The position numbers were made by a program, and so were the translations under genes. Under the pieces are notes generated by a model that worked only from the letters and a program-made list of their open reading frames with translations, was not told the DNA's origin and did not search any database. A DNA stretch of 63,576 nt, the filler included, from Trichomonas gallinae (lineage: Eukaryota), in the NCBI GenBank assembly GCA_008369845.1. It is 14 parts of 14 records of this genome, joined end to end, with 100 filler letters (N's around TTAATTAATTAA, not from the genome) between each part and the next. Parts side by side here need not be neighbours in the genome. Positions count along the whole stretch, not along the records: positions 1 to 10,698 come from MRSU01001224.1; 13 more parts are not named here. One strand, 5' to 3'. Shown one piece after another: positions 1-10,623 of this stretch (the stretch's first letter is position 1; the number at the start of each line of letters is the position of its first letter).

Positions 1-358
1 TGTTTTAAAATAATGATTATTATATATCATAGATCATATTCTAAATTTTGATACTCTCAAAAGTCTATCGTCCCCCTTCGTCTCATTTTTTGTCTCCACT
101 ATAAGCAATATCATGATAACATTTGTACCAGATTTAATGTATAGAGTTTGTGCAAAAAGTTGACGAAAATCTGGAATTAGACTGCTTATAGTCTAAGCTA
201 TATACCTATGAAGTTGATCTATATATTGTATTTTAATCATCATCAATATCATGATAGTTTATGTATCAAAAATTATAGTTAAATATTGTACTTTTGATTA
301 AACTAAACACAACAAATAAACATTTTACATACTAAAACGCAATAAAAATAAAAAAAAA

Positions 359-2482
359 TTATGGCATTGAGCCAACATAAGGTGAGATTTCTTGAACAGA
401 TTCATTAATTTCTTCGACCATTTGAGAGACTTGCTCAACTTCACTTGATAAGTCTTCAATGAACTTAGAAACGTACTCTTTGTCATCGAAAGAAGGATTC
501 TGTAACTTTTTGTTCAATGCTGTCAGTTGGACAGCTTTAAGTGTCAATGCTCTGGCTTTTTCACGCATATCGTTCATTGACAATTCTTCGTTCCAGTTAC
601 AGACAGCGTAGTACCTTTTCTTCAGATGCTCGATTTCTTCTGCGATCAATTTCACTTCTTCGGCAGCTTCTTCTGCTGGGTCATTCATCATAGCTTTACG
701 AGTCCTATATAAACGCGAGTCAAATCTCATGACTATAGACTCAATCTCATTGATTTCGGATTGAGAACGTCTAGGAATTGTTGTCTCGCATATCTTGTCG
801 AACTCTGATCTCACTCTGCCTAGTTTCTGCAGAAGCTCTTCATCCCTCTGAGGTGAAGGCGTCTTCAGAGTGAATCTTTCTATAACGAGCGACTGACAAA
901 CTTTGCGCGCGTTGTCGTATTGTGCAGTTTTCTCGCTCAATTCCATGTTGAGAGATTTTAGTCTCTTGCGAGATGATTCGACTTTTGATGGCTGAGAAGC
1001 AATAACGCCTCCCTGGACTCTATCTTTGATTGACGTCAAAGCTAGGACATTGAAACGCTCTTTCATGTTATCTGTAAGTTTTTGGATCAATGTTTGTCGA
1101 AGATTTTTGTTAATTTCGTATTCTTTGTTGCCTTTTACGTGTTTCTGCAAGGCATTATACTCAGCATTAAGCTCTATCATGGTGTCATATGTTGTGAGCA
1201 TCTGATCTTCGGCAATTGTAAGCTGGTTCTTCAAGTTTTGAGAATCAATAATAATTTCATCAAGTTCTTGTGTCCTTTCTACAGTTTTTGGCTTCTCATC
1301 TAATGATTCTTGCAAATGTTCTATCCTTTTGAGGAGGTTTTCCTTTTGAATTTTCAATTTTCGTTCTGATTTCTTGAAATCTAGGATATCAGATTTTGAA
1401 TTATTAATTTCTTTTTGTTTTTTGACGTAATTCTTTTTCAGGCGTGCTAGTAAAGCCTTCTCCTGCTCAAGAGATTTCTGAGAAGCATCAATTTCATTGT
1501 TAAGTTGAGCAATAGATTTTTTGGATATGTTTAATCTTGCTTTTAGAGATTCGATTGAGTTATCATTGACATTTATTACTGTTTTAGACTTTGGAATTGT
1601 GGGATTAACCTTTGCAACAGGAACGTTATTATTTTCTATTGGAAGTTCATCAGCTCCAGGGATCATCACTTGTATTTCAGCGTATGTGTCTTGAAGCATC
1701 ACATTGAACTGTGAAGAAAAAGCATGAAGTTCCTTAAAATCTTTAAAAGTTTGAAGTAATCCTTTTACATCAGATGCTGTTTGATTAGTTATTGATCGGC
1801 CGCCAACTTTAGTGTTACCGTTGAGGATGTATTTGTATGTTGTTGTGAGTTCTTTCTGCAAAGATTTGATTTTCGAAATAATTGAATCCGCTTCAGCGAC
1901 ATCATATTGTGAATTATTGAGCTTTATATCGAATAATGCTTCTGAGTGACTTTCCAATTCATCTATTGTATCGATAAGCTTGTTTAAAAGATTTGAATTT
2001 TGATTTTGATCACCAGTATTAGATTGAGCATCTGCAATTGTGCTACGAAGTGATCTAAAGTATCTGAAGCATATATTTCGAACTTTTGTTAATTGAGATC
2101 CAAATTCGCGTGTTGTTGTATTTTGAAGTTGATTCCAATTCGTCCAGAATGAATTTCGCTTCGTGTTGTTAGTTTTTAATGCTATACCCTTGATCAATGA
2201 TTCGCCAATGGTTTTCGTTGTTCTAACGGATTTAATTAATTCTTGTAAACTGACTTGTGGTAATAAACGAACTGAGGAAAGTGCTTTTAGCAAGTCATTG
2301 AAGCAACTGTTAAACCTAGTTAGATTCGGTCTGCTGTCTTCTGACGAAAATGCATGTTTTGGCGAATTTGTGATTACCTGATTACCAGTTTTTTGACTTA
2401 TATCACTATTTTTCGTTTGAACTCGGCCTTTTTTCTGTCTTGCTCCAACCATCATCGCATTGGAAGACAAGTTATGGAGCAT
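359..2482 (-). CDS. Hypothetical coiled-coil protein (707 aa)
   Basis: Long ATG-initiated ORF. K/E/Q/L-rich heptad pattern over the C-terminal two-thirds; no recognisable catalytic motif. Confidence 0.85.
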   Translation of the reverse strand: MLHNLSSNAMMVGARQKKGRVQTKNSDISQKTGNQVITNSPKHAFSSEDSRPNLTRFNSCFNDLLKALSSVRLLPQVSLQELIKSVRTTKTIGESLIKGIALKTNNTKRNSFWTNWNQLQNTTTREFGSQLTKVRNICFRYFRSLRSTIADAQSNTGDQNQNSNLLNKLIDTIDELESHSEALFDIKLNNSQYDVAEADSIISKIKSLQKELTTTYKYILNGNTKVGGRSITNQTASDVKGLLQTFKDFKELHAFSSQFNVMLQDTYAEIQVMIPGADELPIENNNVPVAKVNPTIPKSKTVINVNDNSIESLKARLNISKKSIAQLNNEIDASQKSLEQEKALLARLKKNYVKKQKEINNSKSDILDFKKSERKLKIQKENLLKRIEHLQESLDEKPKTVERTQELDEIIIDSQNLKNQLTIAEDQMLTTYDTMIELNAEYNALQKHVKGNKEYEINKNLRQTLIQKLTDNMKERFNVLALTSIKDRVQGGVIASQPSKVESSRKRLKSLNMELSEKTAQYDNARKVCQSLVIERFTLKTPSPQRDEELLQKLGRVRSEFDKICETTIPRRSQSEINEIESIVMRFDSRLYRTRKAMMNDPAEEAAEEVKLIAEEIEHLKKRYYAVCNWNEELSMNDMREKARALTLKAVQLTALNKKLQNPSFDDKEYVSKFIEDLSSEVEQVSQMVEEINESVQEISPYVGSMP

Positions 2483-2717
2483 GCAGAATTTTTGACGCTT
2501 TTAAGAAGTTTACAAAATTTGCTGACGGTTTTCATAACTTTACAAAATTTATTGACAAATAAAAATTAAATCTCATAAAAAATAAACAAAGTTTTCTGCT
2601 TTTAATTGACCTGATACGTAGAGTACTAGATAGCTGATATTCAAATTTACAATATTATCATTGTGTGGTATATTACATTCGATCAAAAAACATATCATTG
2701 ATGAATCATGTTTTATT

Positions 2718-2894
2718 AACTCAAGCAAATCGTGTCTGTGATCATGTGGTGCATTTCTGTATCACATAAGGGACTCATCACATGATCACAGACATGATTT
2801 TCTCGATATAGCGAAATCTCAAATAATCTTCTAATTATCGACAAAACTCGAGCAAATCGTGTCTGTGATCATGTGGTGCATTTCTGTATCACAT
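2718..2894. repeat. 50-bp direct repeat plus 22-bp inverted repeat
   Basis: aactc(a/g)agcaaatcgtgtctgtgatcatgtggtgcatttctgtatcacat at 2718-2767 and 2845-2894 (1 mismatch). 2727-2748 is the reverse complement of 2779-2800 (1 mismatch). Confidence 0.9.
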
Positions 2895-3470
2895 GAGAGA
2901 TGCATTCCATCATTACAGAGTTGAAGGCCGGAGTTGTTGAGATTGCTGAATGAGCCTGTGCTCTTGTGGGAGCTGGTGGCGCGGTCGTACTTGTGCTGCT
3001 CGACGTTCTCGTTGAAGACCTTCTGTCTTTCCTTCTCGTCGATCTTCTTGTCAGTAAAATTGACTTGAACACCCTGAGATAGTTCCTTAGCTACCTCCTT
3101 GGCAAGGTCTTCGATGATTTCATCGGCAATATCGAACTAGCTTGATGGAACTGTCTTCTTGATCTGGACGTTAGAATTGTTTTTGATGAGTTCCTTGTTG
3201 AATGGTGTGAGAGCCTTGACGAGCTTTTCGAAGAGCTGAGCAAGTTGAAAGTTGTTCCAGCAACTTCGTCACCAAAGTCGTCTGTGCCATGTAGTCGTCT
3301 GGGATTTCGCGAATCTTGACTGGACGAATATGTTCATCTGAGCAATGATAGAAATCGATGTCAGCGTTTGTAACAACGAGGAACAAGTTGTTCCTTAGCA
3401 GCTTCTTCGGCGATGTATTCGATAATCTTCTAAACATCACCTTCTTGTACCGGTTCCTGTGAGTCAAAAT
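2895..3470 (-). pseudogene. Degraded protein-coding remnant of unknown identity
   Basis: GC-richer stretch with AAG/ATC/GTC codon bias. Reads QEPVQEGDV*KIIEYIAEEAAKEQLV... and NVQIKKTVPSS*FDIADEIIEDLAKEVAKELSQGVQVNFTDKKIDEKERQKVFNENVEQHKY, with stops and frame changes. Confidence 0.6.
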
Positions 3471-3543
3471 CACAAAAATTAAAATGATATTACTTGAACC
3501 CAGAACCTGAGAGTCAATTTTTTGATATTAGAAAAGTGACAAA

Positions 3544-3825
3544 ATGGTAGACAGGTGTATTATCTTAGTGCAAAATTTACCACCTCAAACTTCAGAGCAG
3601 ACAATTAAAGACGCATTCGTGATATTTGGTGATTTAACAGACATTAAAATGAAAATGGAACGATTTCAAGCACTTGTCGAATACAATTTCGAATCAGATG
3701 CTGCAGCTGCCATAGATAACATGGATGGATCGGAAATATATGGACAAACTATATACTGCTCATTTGCAACCAAAGGAAATTTGGTTGATAGAACAAAACC
3801 TGTTTGGGATGGAAATCTTAATTAA
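3544..3825 (+). CDS. Stand-alone RRM protein, Cyp33/PPIE-type RRM
   Basis: RNP2-like ILVQNLP. DAAAAIDNMDGSEIYGQTIYCSFA...KPVW matches the PPIE RRM (AAAAIDNMNESELFGRTI...RPVW). AAAAGTGAC lies immediately upstream. Confidence 0.85.
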   Translation: MVDRCIILVQNLPPQTSEQTIKDAFVIFGDLTDIKMKMERFQALVEYNFESDAAAAIDNMDGSEIYGQTIYCSFATKGNLVDRTKPVWDGNLN

Positions 3826-4079
3826 TCATTAAAATTACTTCACTTATAGATGCATTTACGTCTAATTAGAACGAAAAACAATGACGATATTTAATTTCAT
3901 ATCATGATTTTGACTCTTAGAATAGGCAGAATCTTAGTACTTACAGACAACATCAGAATCTTATAAATCTATGCATACTCATTTTCATTGCTATGATTTA
4001 TATCACATATGACATGTAAATAATTACTTTACATGTCAGATTTGTTTACATGTCATTTGTCACTTTTAAAAATCTCGTT

Positions 4080-5162
4080 ATGAATGAATCTAATCTTTCT
4101 TATCTAAACACTTTGTTGCGCGAAACGCAAACTAAAGTGGAAAAACTAGAGGACCATATTTCTGACCTCTCCAATAGATTTCCTGTTGATTTAAATTTCA
4201 AAATTTCACAAATTCGGAAATTAATTTCACAAGCTGAACATAAGAAATCATTTTTGGATGATTTTGAAGAGGAGCAAGCTGCACCTGAAATAACCGATAC
4301 AGATTATTTAAATTCATCCATCGAAAAAGTATATAATGATCTTGTTAACAGCTTTAAAGAGATTGATGTCTATCAAAATAGATGTATTGATAAATTCATA
4401 CAAGAGCACCCAGGACCGTTTTACATTCCACCTCCAAAGCAATCGAATTTCCCTGAAAAACGATTTATGCAATTAAAATCTCGATTGCAACAAGAAAAAG
4501 AAGACACAAATAAAAAACTAAGATCACTAAACGAAAAATTATCACAAATAACGCCAAATGATGATACAACGTTTTCATTAAAATTAAAACAGCTTAACAA
4601 AGATATAGAGAACCAAGCCAACGATATGAGAGAGTTGCTTGAACTACAGTCAACGCTTAAATTATCTCTTTATGATGCAATTACGAGAAATGAACAAACA
4701 ATGAAAAATATTGAAGCAGATGATCAGAAAAGCAATATAAACAAAGAAAATATGGATGCTTTAGCTCTATACAAGAAGCAAGATATTAAAATTGACAACA
4801 CTTATTCAACATTCAATCAAATTTCGCAAACAATAAACAATGATATTGATGAAATTAAATCTATCATGAAATCAATATCTTTGAGAGAGCAGTCGATTGC
4901 ATCAGTTATGGAGACTTATTCTCCAATCGTTGAAAAAGCATCAATTAAAAGTTGTCAAATTCAAGAGTCAATACAGAAAACTACTACTAATCTCGAAACT
5001 ATTAAGCAAAGTCTTGCTAATTCTCCAACACAAGAAATGTTGGGTGAATTATCGCAAAAATGCGACCAAATGTCAGAAGAAAACAAATCAGCTATGCTTG
5101 AAGCTAAAGATATTGTTGCGCAGATTGTCAGTGACTTCGATAAGAATCACTATCCGATTTAA
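4080..5162 (+). CDS. Hypothetical coiled-coil protein
   Basis: Long ORF with heptad-like composition. ATG 4080 is preferred over 4050 because TCATT/GTCACTTT promoter motifs lie between the two. Confidence 0.8.
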   Translation: MNESNLSYLNTLLRETQTKVEKLEDHISDLSNRFPVDLNFKISQIRKLISQAEHKKSFLDDFEEEQAAPEITDTDYLNSSIEKVYNDLVNSFKEIDVYQNRCIDKFIQEHPGPFYIPPPKQSNFPEKRFMQLKSRLQQEKEDTNKKLRSLNEKLSQITPNDDTTFSLKLKQLNKDIENQANDMRELLELQSTLKLSLYDAITRNEQTMKNIEADDQKSNINKENMDALALYKKQDIKIDNTYSTFNQISQTINNDIDEIKSIMKSISLREQSIASVMETYSPIVEKASIKSCQIQESIQKTTTNLETIKQSLANSPTQEMLGELSQKCDQMSEENKSAMLEAKDIVAQIVSDFDKNHYPI

Positions 5163-5842
5163 TTTTATTATTTTAAATCTGTTGTTTGAATATGAAATAA
5201 AACTACCTGTATAGATAAGTATGTCGATTTTACAACATCTTAACAGAAAATCATTCGAAAAAAGAAATATTTTTTTCGATTTAAATCGGTAACTAAGACG
5301 TATTATTGATAAAAATCGATAAGATCAAGGAGGTAAGATCAGATATGTTCAATATGAAATGTTACAAATCGAATTCATATTCAAATTTGGGATCTTGAAA
5401 AGAAAGCTACTTGAAACTTTGTAGAATATTTCTGCTGTCTGACTAGATTACCTATGTTGAATATCTAAGGATTTAAGCAACATTTAGTTAAGCAAGATCA
5501 ACAGATCTATGCATTTATCATTTAAAAATTGCACAGTTTTTTGTAGACTTTTTTGTGTTTTTCAATTTTTCACAATAAAAAATGAAGCTTTTATGGAGAA
5601 CCGAATAATAGGTTTTGTTACATAATAGACACTTATTATAATTTTTCATTTATTTTCGGAATTTATTCATTTTTTAGGCGATTATGATGCAATATCTCCA
5701 ACTTCCTTTATGATCTGTCGACCAATTTTTCAAAAAATCATTATTACTGATATAGTATAATATATGTATCAAAAAACGAAGATGTAGAATATTTTTGACA
5801 TGTAAAATATTATACCTGACATTAGTTAGTGTACGTTTATTA

Positions 5843-6331
5843 ATGGAGCAGGCTGAGCAGAAGCATAATCAATGCTGCAATTGCCAAGGTGATTGTCTGT
5901 CAACGTCATGCCCATGCTTCCTACACTCTAAACATTGCAACAGGAACTGCAAATGTCATAATTGTAAAAATAAACCGGAAAATGAAGCCGAACGAGCTGC
6001 TGCATTCGAATCCTATCTCCTAGATAACCCATTAGCATTTACTTCCGATGATTCGATCAACCAGGATGAATATACAGCAATCAGCAATTTTGCCATGTTG
6101 ACTAATTCAGTAGATACTGAACAGTTCGCCCTCGAAAAGGAAGAAAAACCACTTTCAAAAGTTTTATCGCCTCAAGTTTTGGAATTATCAATCAAAACTA
6201 TTTTATCAGCTGCAAACGAATACATAGAGAATGCTGAAGAATCTTCTACCTTCGAGGAGGGCGTAGAAAATTCTGTTGCATCAGAATTCCTCAATATTTT
6301 GCGCCAAGTTCAAAATCGACTTGAAAAGTAA
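5843..6331 (+). CDS. Tesmin/TSO1/LIN54-like CXC (CRC) domain protein, single domain
   Basis: CNCQGDCLSTSCPCF..HCNRNCKCHNCKN followed by the LIN54-like linker ERAAAFESYLLDNPLAF. First ATG is at 5843. Confidence 0.85.
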   Translation: MEQAEQKHNQCCNCQGDCLSTSCPCFLHSKHCNRNCKCHNCKNKPENEAERAAAFESYLLDNPLAFTSDDSINQDEYTAISNFAMLTNSVDTEQFALEKEEKPLSKVLSPQVLELSIKTILSAANEYIENAEESSTFEEGVENSVASEFLNILRQVQNRLEK

Positions 6332-6450
6332 TTGTATAATGTTTATAAAGTAGTACAATTTAAATACTTCTGTATATCACGACTAATTACACCATTTTTT
6401 CTAATAATAGAATAGTATAAGTCTTTACATTCAAATATCAATAAAAAAAA

Positions 6451-7029
6451 TTAAAGTAACATACGTAATTGTGCCTCGAGCTTCTTATAGAAGATAACTC
6501 CGAAAACTAAAAGGATCTGGAACACGCAGAAGAATATCACTGATCTTCTGATCGCATTATTACGTAATTTCAAAACAACTTGTTGCGCGGCATGACCAAC
6601 ATTTGAGTGCGCATGTGTTTTTACCTGTTGATCAGCTTGAACAAGCTGCCTTAGGGCTTCTGTTAACTTTCCTTTGAAATTATCCATTTCTGACAAAATT
6701 TGAGCCTTAGAGCTTTGAACGAGGTTGGATATTTGCTGTTTAGCCTGTGCAAACTCGAATTTCATTTCATTAAAATCTTTCCTCAGTACAGCATCAGCGA
6801 TATCGACTCTTTCGAGAATAGAATTGATTTTGTCTCCGATTTCTTTGTTGACTTCCTCGCCAGTAACTGTCTTATCTAGCTGCTGTGCAAATTCGCTGAG
6901 CGCCCAAAGAATAGCTTCTTCTTCTTTTTCGACCGTTCTGTCCTTCTGTAGCTGATCTTTGTACTTCTGCACGATTGACTCGAGTCTCTTCGAATTTATC
7001 AGCGAAGTCAATAAAAAGAAGAAAAGCAT
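6451..7029 (-). CDS. Type I membrane protein (signal peptide, coiled-coil stalk, C-terminal TM)
   Basis: MLFFFLLTSL signal; helical stalk; TM VIFFCVFQILLVFGVIFY; short tail KKLEAQLRMLL. Layout resembles the C-terminus of ERGIC-53/p24-type proteins. Confidence 0.8.
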   Translation of the reverse strand: MLFFFLLTSLINSKRLESIVQKYKDQLQKDRTVEKEEEAILWALSEFAQQLDKTVTGEEVNKEIGDKINSILERVDIADAVLRKDFNEMKFEFAQAKQQISNLVQSSKAQILSEMDNFKGKLTEALRQLVQADQQVKTHAHSNVGHAAQQVVLKLRNNAIRRSVIFFCVFQILLVFGVIFYKKLEAQLRMLL

Positions 7030-7368
7030 CAGGTAATAAAAGTGACAGGTTCATTCACCTTGATAAGGTTAATCTCTTCCTATGATCAAAAACTAGTTTT
7101 GACACTCAAAAATCTTACTACAGCCACAATTCCTTTAATATATCCATTTTCCAATATGAATTTCAAAATGAAATCATTTTTTTCATTTGGTATTTTATTT
7201 TAAATGAAACCATCTATTATATCATATACAAATACATCATATAGTTCTTTCTCATATGATATCACTATATTAAATTCATATTAACAAAATTATAAAATTT
7301 CATAAAAATATCAAATGATAAGGATGTAACTACAAACAAAATTATATTTATAAAACACTAATATATAC

Positions 7369-9396
7369 TTATTTTGGTCCGGATTGAATCCAAGTATCGA
7401 AAACAGGATTTGATACTGTTTCAATCATGAATGAATCAATGAAATCTTTGTTCTCCTTGTAAGGGGTTACTATGACTCTCAGGTATTTTCCAGTCATATC
7501 CCTTAAATTGTTGACAAAATCCGCCAAAACACCTTTCGGTTCTCCATTTTGGTCTAAGAGAGACATCATCTGCTGGAGATAGTCATCAGACGTGCACCAC
7601 AAGTTGACGTTGTTGTATCTGCCAAGAGCGAATATACCTTCTCTTATCTGGTCCTGCCTGAGTGGCAAAATTTTTCGATGAATGACATCGAATAGCATAG
7701 GATATGCAATCAAAACTGACTCAGCGACAGAAGTCATTCTCAAGTTGATGATCATCGACATCTTGAAGTCTATGTTATCTAAAGGGGGCTCAGTGAAGAT
7801 TTTGTTCCTCAAGGCGCCAAACATAATATGCGGGAGAGCTTTGAATTTCGAATTTCTCGAGACTAATGTCTTGAAGTCTTCTGAAGCTAACTCAGCGCTT
7901 CTCCTCGCTCCGACATTTAGTGTGTTCATTGCCATAGTCTTGAGGAAGAATGCGCCAAGGGCAGCTTCATCGTATCCATGCTGAAGGACAGACGGGTCAC
8001 CAGAAACAGGCAGTTCAAAGTTGAAAACGCGGAGGATTCGTTTTCCTGGTGTCGCAGTATATAAGAAACCTGCCTGAAACTTCGCGTCAGTTATTGGTCT
8101 TAGCACTTTCAGTCCGAAAGTTAGGCTGCTGTTGACAGGCATGACACTGATGCTCAAGCCTTCATTGTAGTTAGTCATGTTACCAATCATCATCACGAGC
8201 TGAAGACCTTCTGACGCTCTCAGTCTCATGCTCGCGTGCCAGAAGTATTGGCCTGTTATCGTGCAGAAAAGATCAGTGTGGAGTTGCGCTGGATCGAATT
8301 TCTTATAGTAGTAGCACTTGCCGCCTGTCAGTCCACAAGCGAGGCCTGATATTGGGACTTCAGAGTAAGTTTCGGAGTAAACAAAAAGATGAAGTGATGA
8401 TGCCCTTCTGTTCATCTTCAGAGCGATTTCTCTGTATTTCTGGCCATTGGAAATAGTTGGAAGATGGAGGAGTTTAACCTCTGAGACATCGTCTTTCGCA
8501 TATAACCTGTTGAAGATGGCGAATGGACCTAGAGAAGGAGTTGTGCATGTTCCGGCAACAATTACGCCACCATATACTCTAAGCGCGGATTCTGCAACTT
8601 TTAACGCACTTCCTAGACAATTTCCACGCGTATTGGATGGTTTCTTTGATATTATATCGAGAAGATGATAAAATTCTTGTCGATAATCTGAAAGTTTAAC
8701 AATAAAGTTTGGTGATACAACGTATTCCTCAGGATCTACAATAATTGCTTCTTTGCATGTCTTAATATCGTATATTGACGCGTACATTCCCATTGTGATC
8801 ACGCAAACATTTGTGAAATCAGGAACTTGTTCAACAGAAGCCTTAACTGATCGAATGAATTGGGCTGTAAAACCAGAATCAATCGCTTCGCATGATAAAT
8901 CGATAATAAATAAAAATGAAGGCATGATTTGTGGTTTTTGGATAAATTCTTGTGGAGCCTTAACATCGTAAACGCAATTTGTTAGTAAATTTCGCGGAAT
9001 TTCAGTAAATTTATCTGGGAAAGGTGTAGAATTGCCACAAAGAGCACAAATCCAACGACGTTTTTTGTCATCAACTTTGCAGAAGCACGAAATATATGCT
9101 GAACAGCGAGAACAGCGTGGAACTGTTGATTCAGATAAATCAGTCAAAGGAATATTATTGACTTTTCCAGGCTGTATTATCAGTCCCACAGGAGCTTTTG
9201 TAAGTGCCGCAACTTCTGGTGAGTTTGGTATTGCTTGTGTAAAAGATCTGAAATATGTTGGTAAATTGCAACATGTTTTATCAGCGAAATTCTCAATTCC
9301 CCACGGAAAAATAGAATTTGATCCTTGTGGCGAAGAAATATTGGGAATTATCGAAAAGCAAGGATCACTTTCCGTTGGATGAATATATCTTCGCAT
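7369..9396 (-). CDS. SEC24: COPII coat subunit Sec24-family protein
   Basis: PVGLIIQP; zinc finger PRCSRCSAYI...WICALC; trunk FLFIIDLS, LGSALKVA, GLTGG, MRLRASEGL, RILRV. First ATG is at 9396. Confidence 0.9.
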   Translation of the reverse strand: MRRYIHPTESDPCFSIIPNISSPQGSNSIFPWGIENFADKTCCNLPTYFRSFTQAIPNSPEVAALTKAPVGLIIQPGKVNNIPLTDLSESTVPRCSRCSAYISCFCKVDDKKRRWICALCGNSTPFPDKFTEIPRNLLTNCVYDVKAPQEFIQKPQIMPSFLFIIDLSCEAIDSGFTAQFIRSVKASVEQVPDFTNVCVITMGMYASIYDIKTCKEAIIVDPEEYVVSPNFIVKLSDYRQEFYHLLDIISKKPSNTRGNCLGSALKVAESALRVYGGVIVAGTCTTPSLGPFAIFNRLYAKDDVSEVKLLHLPTISNGQKYREIALKMNRRASSLHLFVYSETYSEVPISGLACGLTGGKCYYYKKFDPAQLHTDLFCTITGQYFWHASMRLRASEGLQLVMMIGNMTNYNEGLSISVMPVNSSLTFGLKVLRPITDAKFQAGFLYTATPGKRILRVFNFELPVSGDPSVLQHGYDEAALGAFFLKTMAMNTLNVGARRSAELASEDFKTLVSRNSKFKALPHIMFGALRNKIFTEPPLDNIDFKMSMIINLRMTSVAESVLIAYPMLFDVIHRKILPLRQDQIREGIFALGRYNNVNLWCTSDDYLQQMMSLLDQNGEPKGVLADFVNNLRDMTGKYLRVIVTPYKENKDFIDSFMIETVSNPVFDTWIQSGPK

Positions 9397-9562
9397 TTTT
9401 GTCAGTTTTTGAGCCAAAATATTTGATTTCAGATCAATTAATCACTACATATAAACTACTATTGATGATTTGCATCTATTTTGATGATTTTTATCCAAAA
9501 ATATCAAATCAATAAAAAGTTATTGAAATATGGATAGAAAGATAATATTTATAACAATAAGA

Positions 9563-10321
9563 TCATGGTAAGAATGCTATATGGACGTTCATGAATTTCA
9601 TTTCCTGTCCCCATGTAACAAAAACAAACTGCATGCAGAATAATAATGTCCATTCTCCAATAGTTGATACTGTGACTTCTGTGTTCTCTTTAAATGGAAT
9701 TTCGGAGAATCCAAATAGAAAATAGCCGCAATAAGCCATAAATATCAAAAATGCACGAAGAACAGCGAGTTTCGTCGATTTCTTGCCAATAAAATATGAT
9801 ATTGTTTCAAAAAGTAATATTCCGGAGAATCCAGTGAACGCAAAAGCAAAATGATATCGATATACTTCATTAATTGGGCAAAATCCAAGGCCACCTACTC
9901 CAATAACACCTAAAATGAGTGTTATGACAAGGAATGTGTTTGCAAGGCAACTGATGGATAATGTCAATTTCATATAATTAAAGTACATAAAGAGGATAAA
10001 GAGCGAAGTTACAGATCCACATGACATCATCGATGCGAAAAATTCCCTATTTGGATGCTCAGTTCCTGTCTCTGAAATGGTCGGGAGATATCCTGACCAG
10101 CGGCCTTCCATTAAGAAAAGAATCATGCACACAATTCCCACGCATAATGGAAATGCAAAAATTGGAACGCTTATCAAGTCAAGTTTTAATCTGAGTTTTA
10201 TTTTGTTAAAGTTAGGGTGAATGGTTGTGTTTAATTCGCTCTCTATTGATTCACTGTCGTTGTACTCCTGTTTGAGCCGTGATTCAACATCGTGATCGTG
10301 AATCATCGATGAAAAATCCAT
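9563..10321 (-). CDS. Frag1/DRAM/Sfk1 (TMEM150-like) multi-pass membrane protein
   Basis: YLPTISETGTEHP motif after TM1, about six hydrophobic segments, conserved H (YRYHFAFA) and EW. An upstream ATG at 10378 is an alternative start. Confidence 0.85.
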   Translation of the reverse strand: MDFSSMIHDHDVESRLKQEYNDSESIESELNTTIHPNFNKIKLRLKLDLISVPIFAFPLCVGIVCMILFLMEGRWSGYLPTISETGTEHPNREFFASMMSCGSVTSLFILFMYFNYMKLTLSISCLANTFLVITLILGVIGVGGLGFCPINEVYRYHFAFAFTGFSGILLFETISYFIGKKSTKLAVLRAFLIFMAYCGYFLFGFSEIPFKENTEVTVSTIGEWTLLFCMQFVFVTWGQEMKFMNVHIAFLP

Positions 10322-10623
10322 TGAAAACTTTATTTTTTGTGCGTTTTGAATCTGATCGCAATTTTTCACTGGGTTCATCAGATCACTTGATCGAGTATTT
10401 TACCTCTCCATCCATTTACGCCAATATCATTAGTTTGGTGTTTATTGGCTAATAAGGTTATTTCGAATCAGTCGGTAAACATCATTATTTTCCATGATGA
10501 GGAAACAGAATAGTAATCAAAAATATCAGTGAATAACCCGAAATTTCATATCAAACCAATAGAAAACTTGAGACAAATTATGTTGTAATATGTACTATAA
10601 TAGAAATTCCTCTTAAACGTTCT

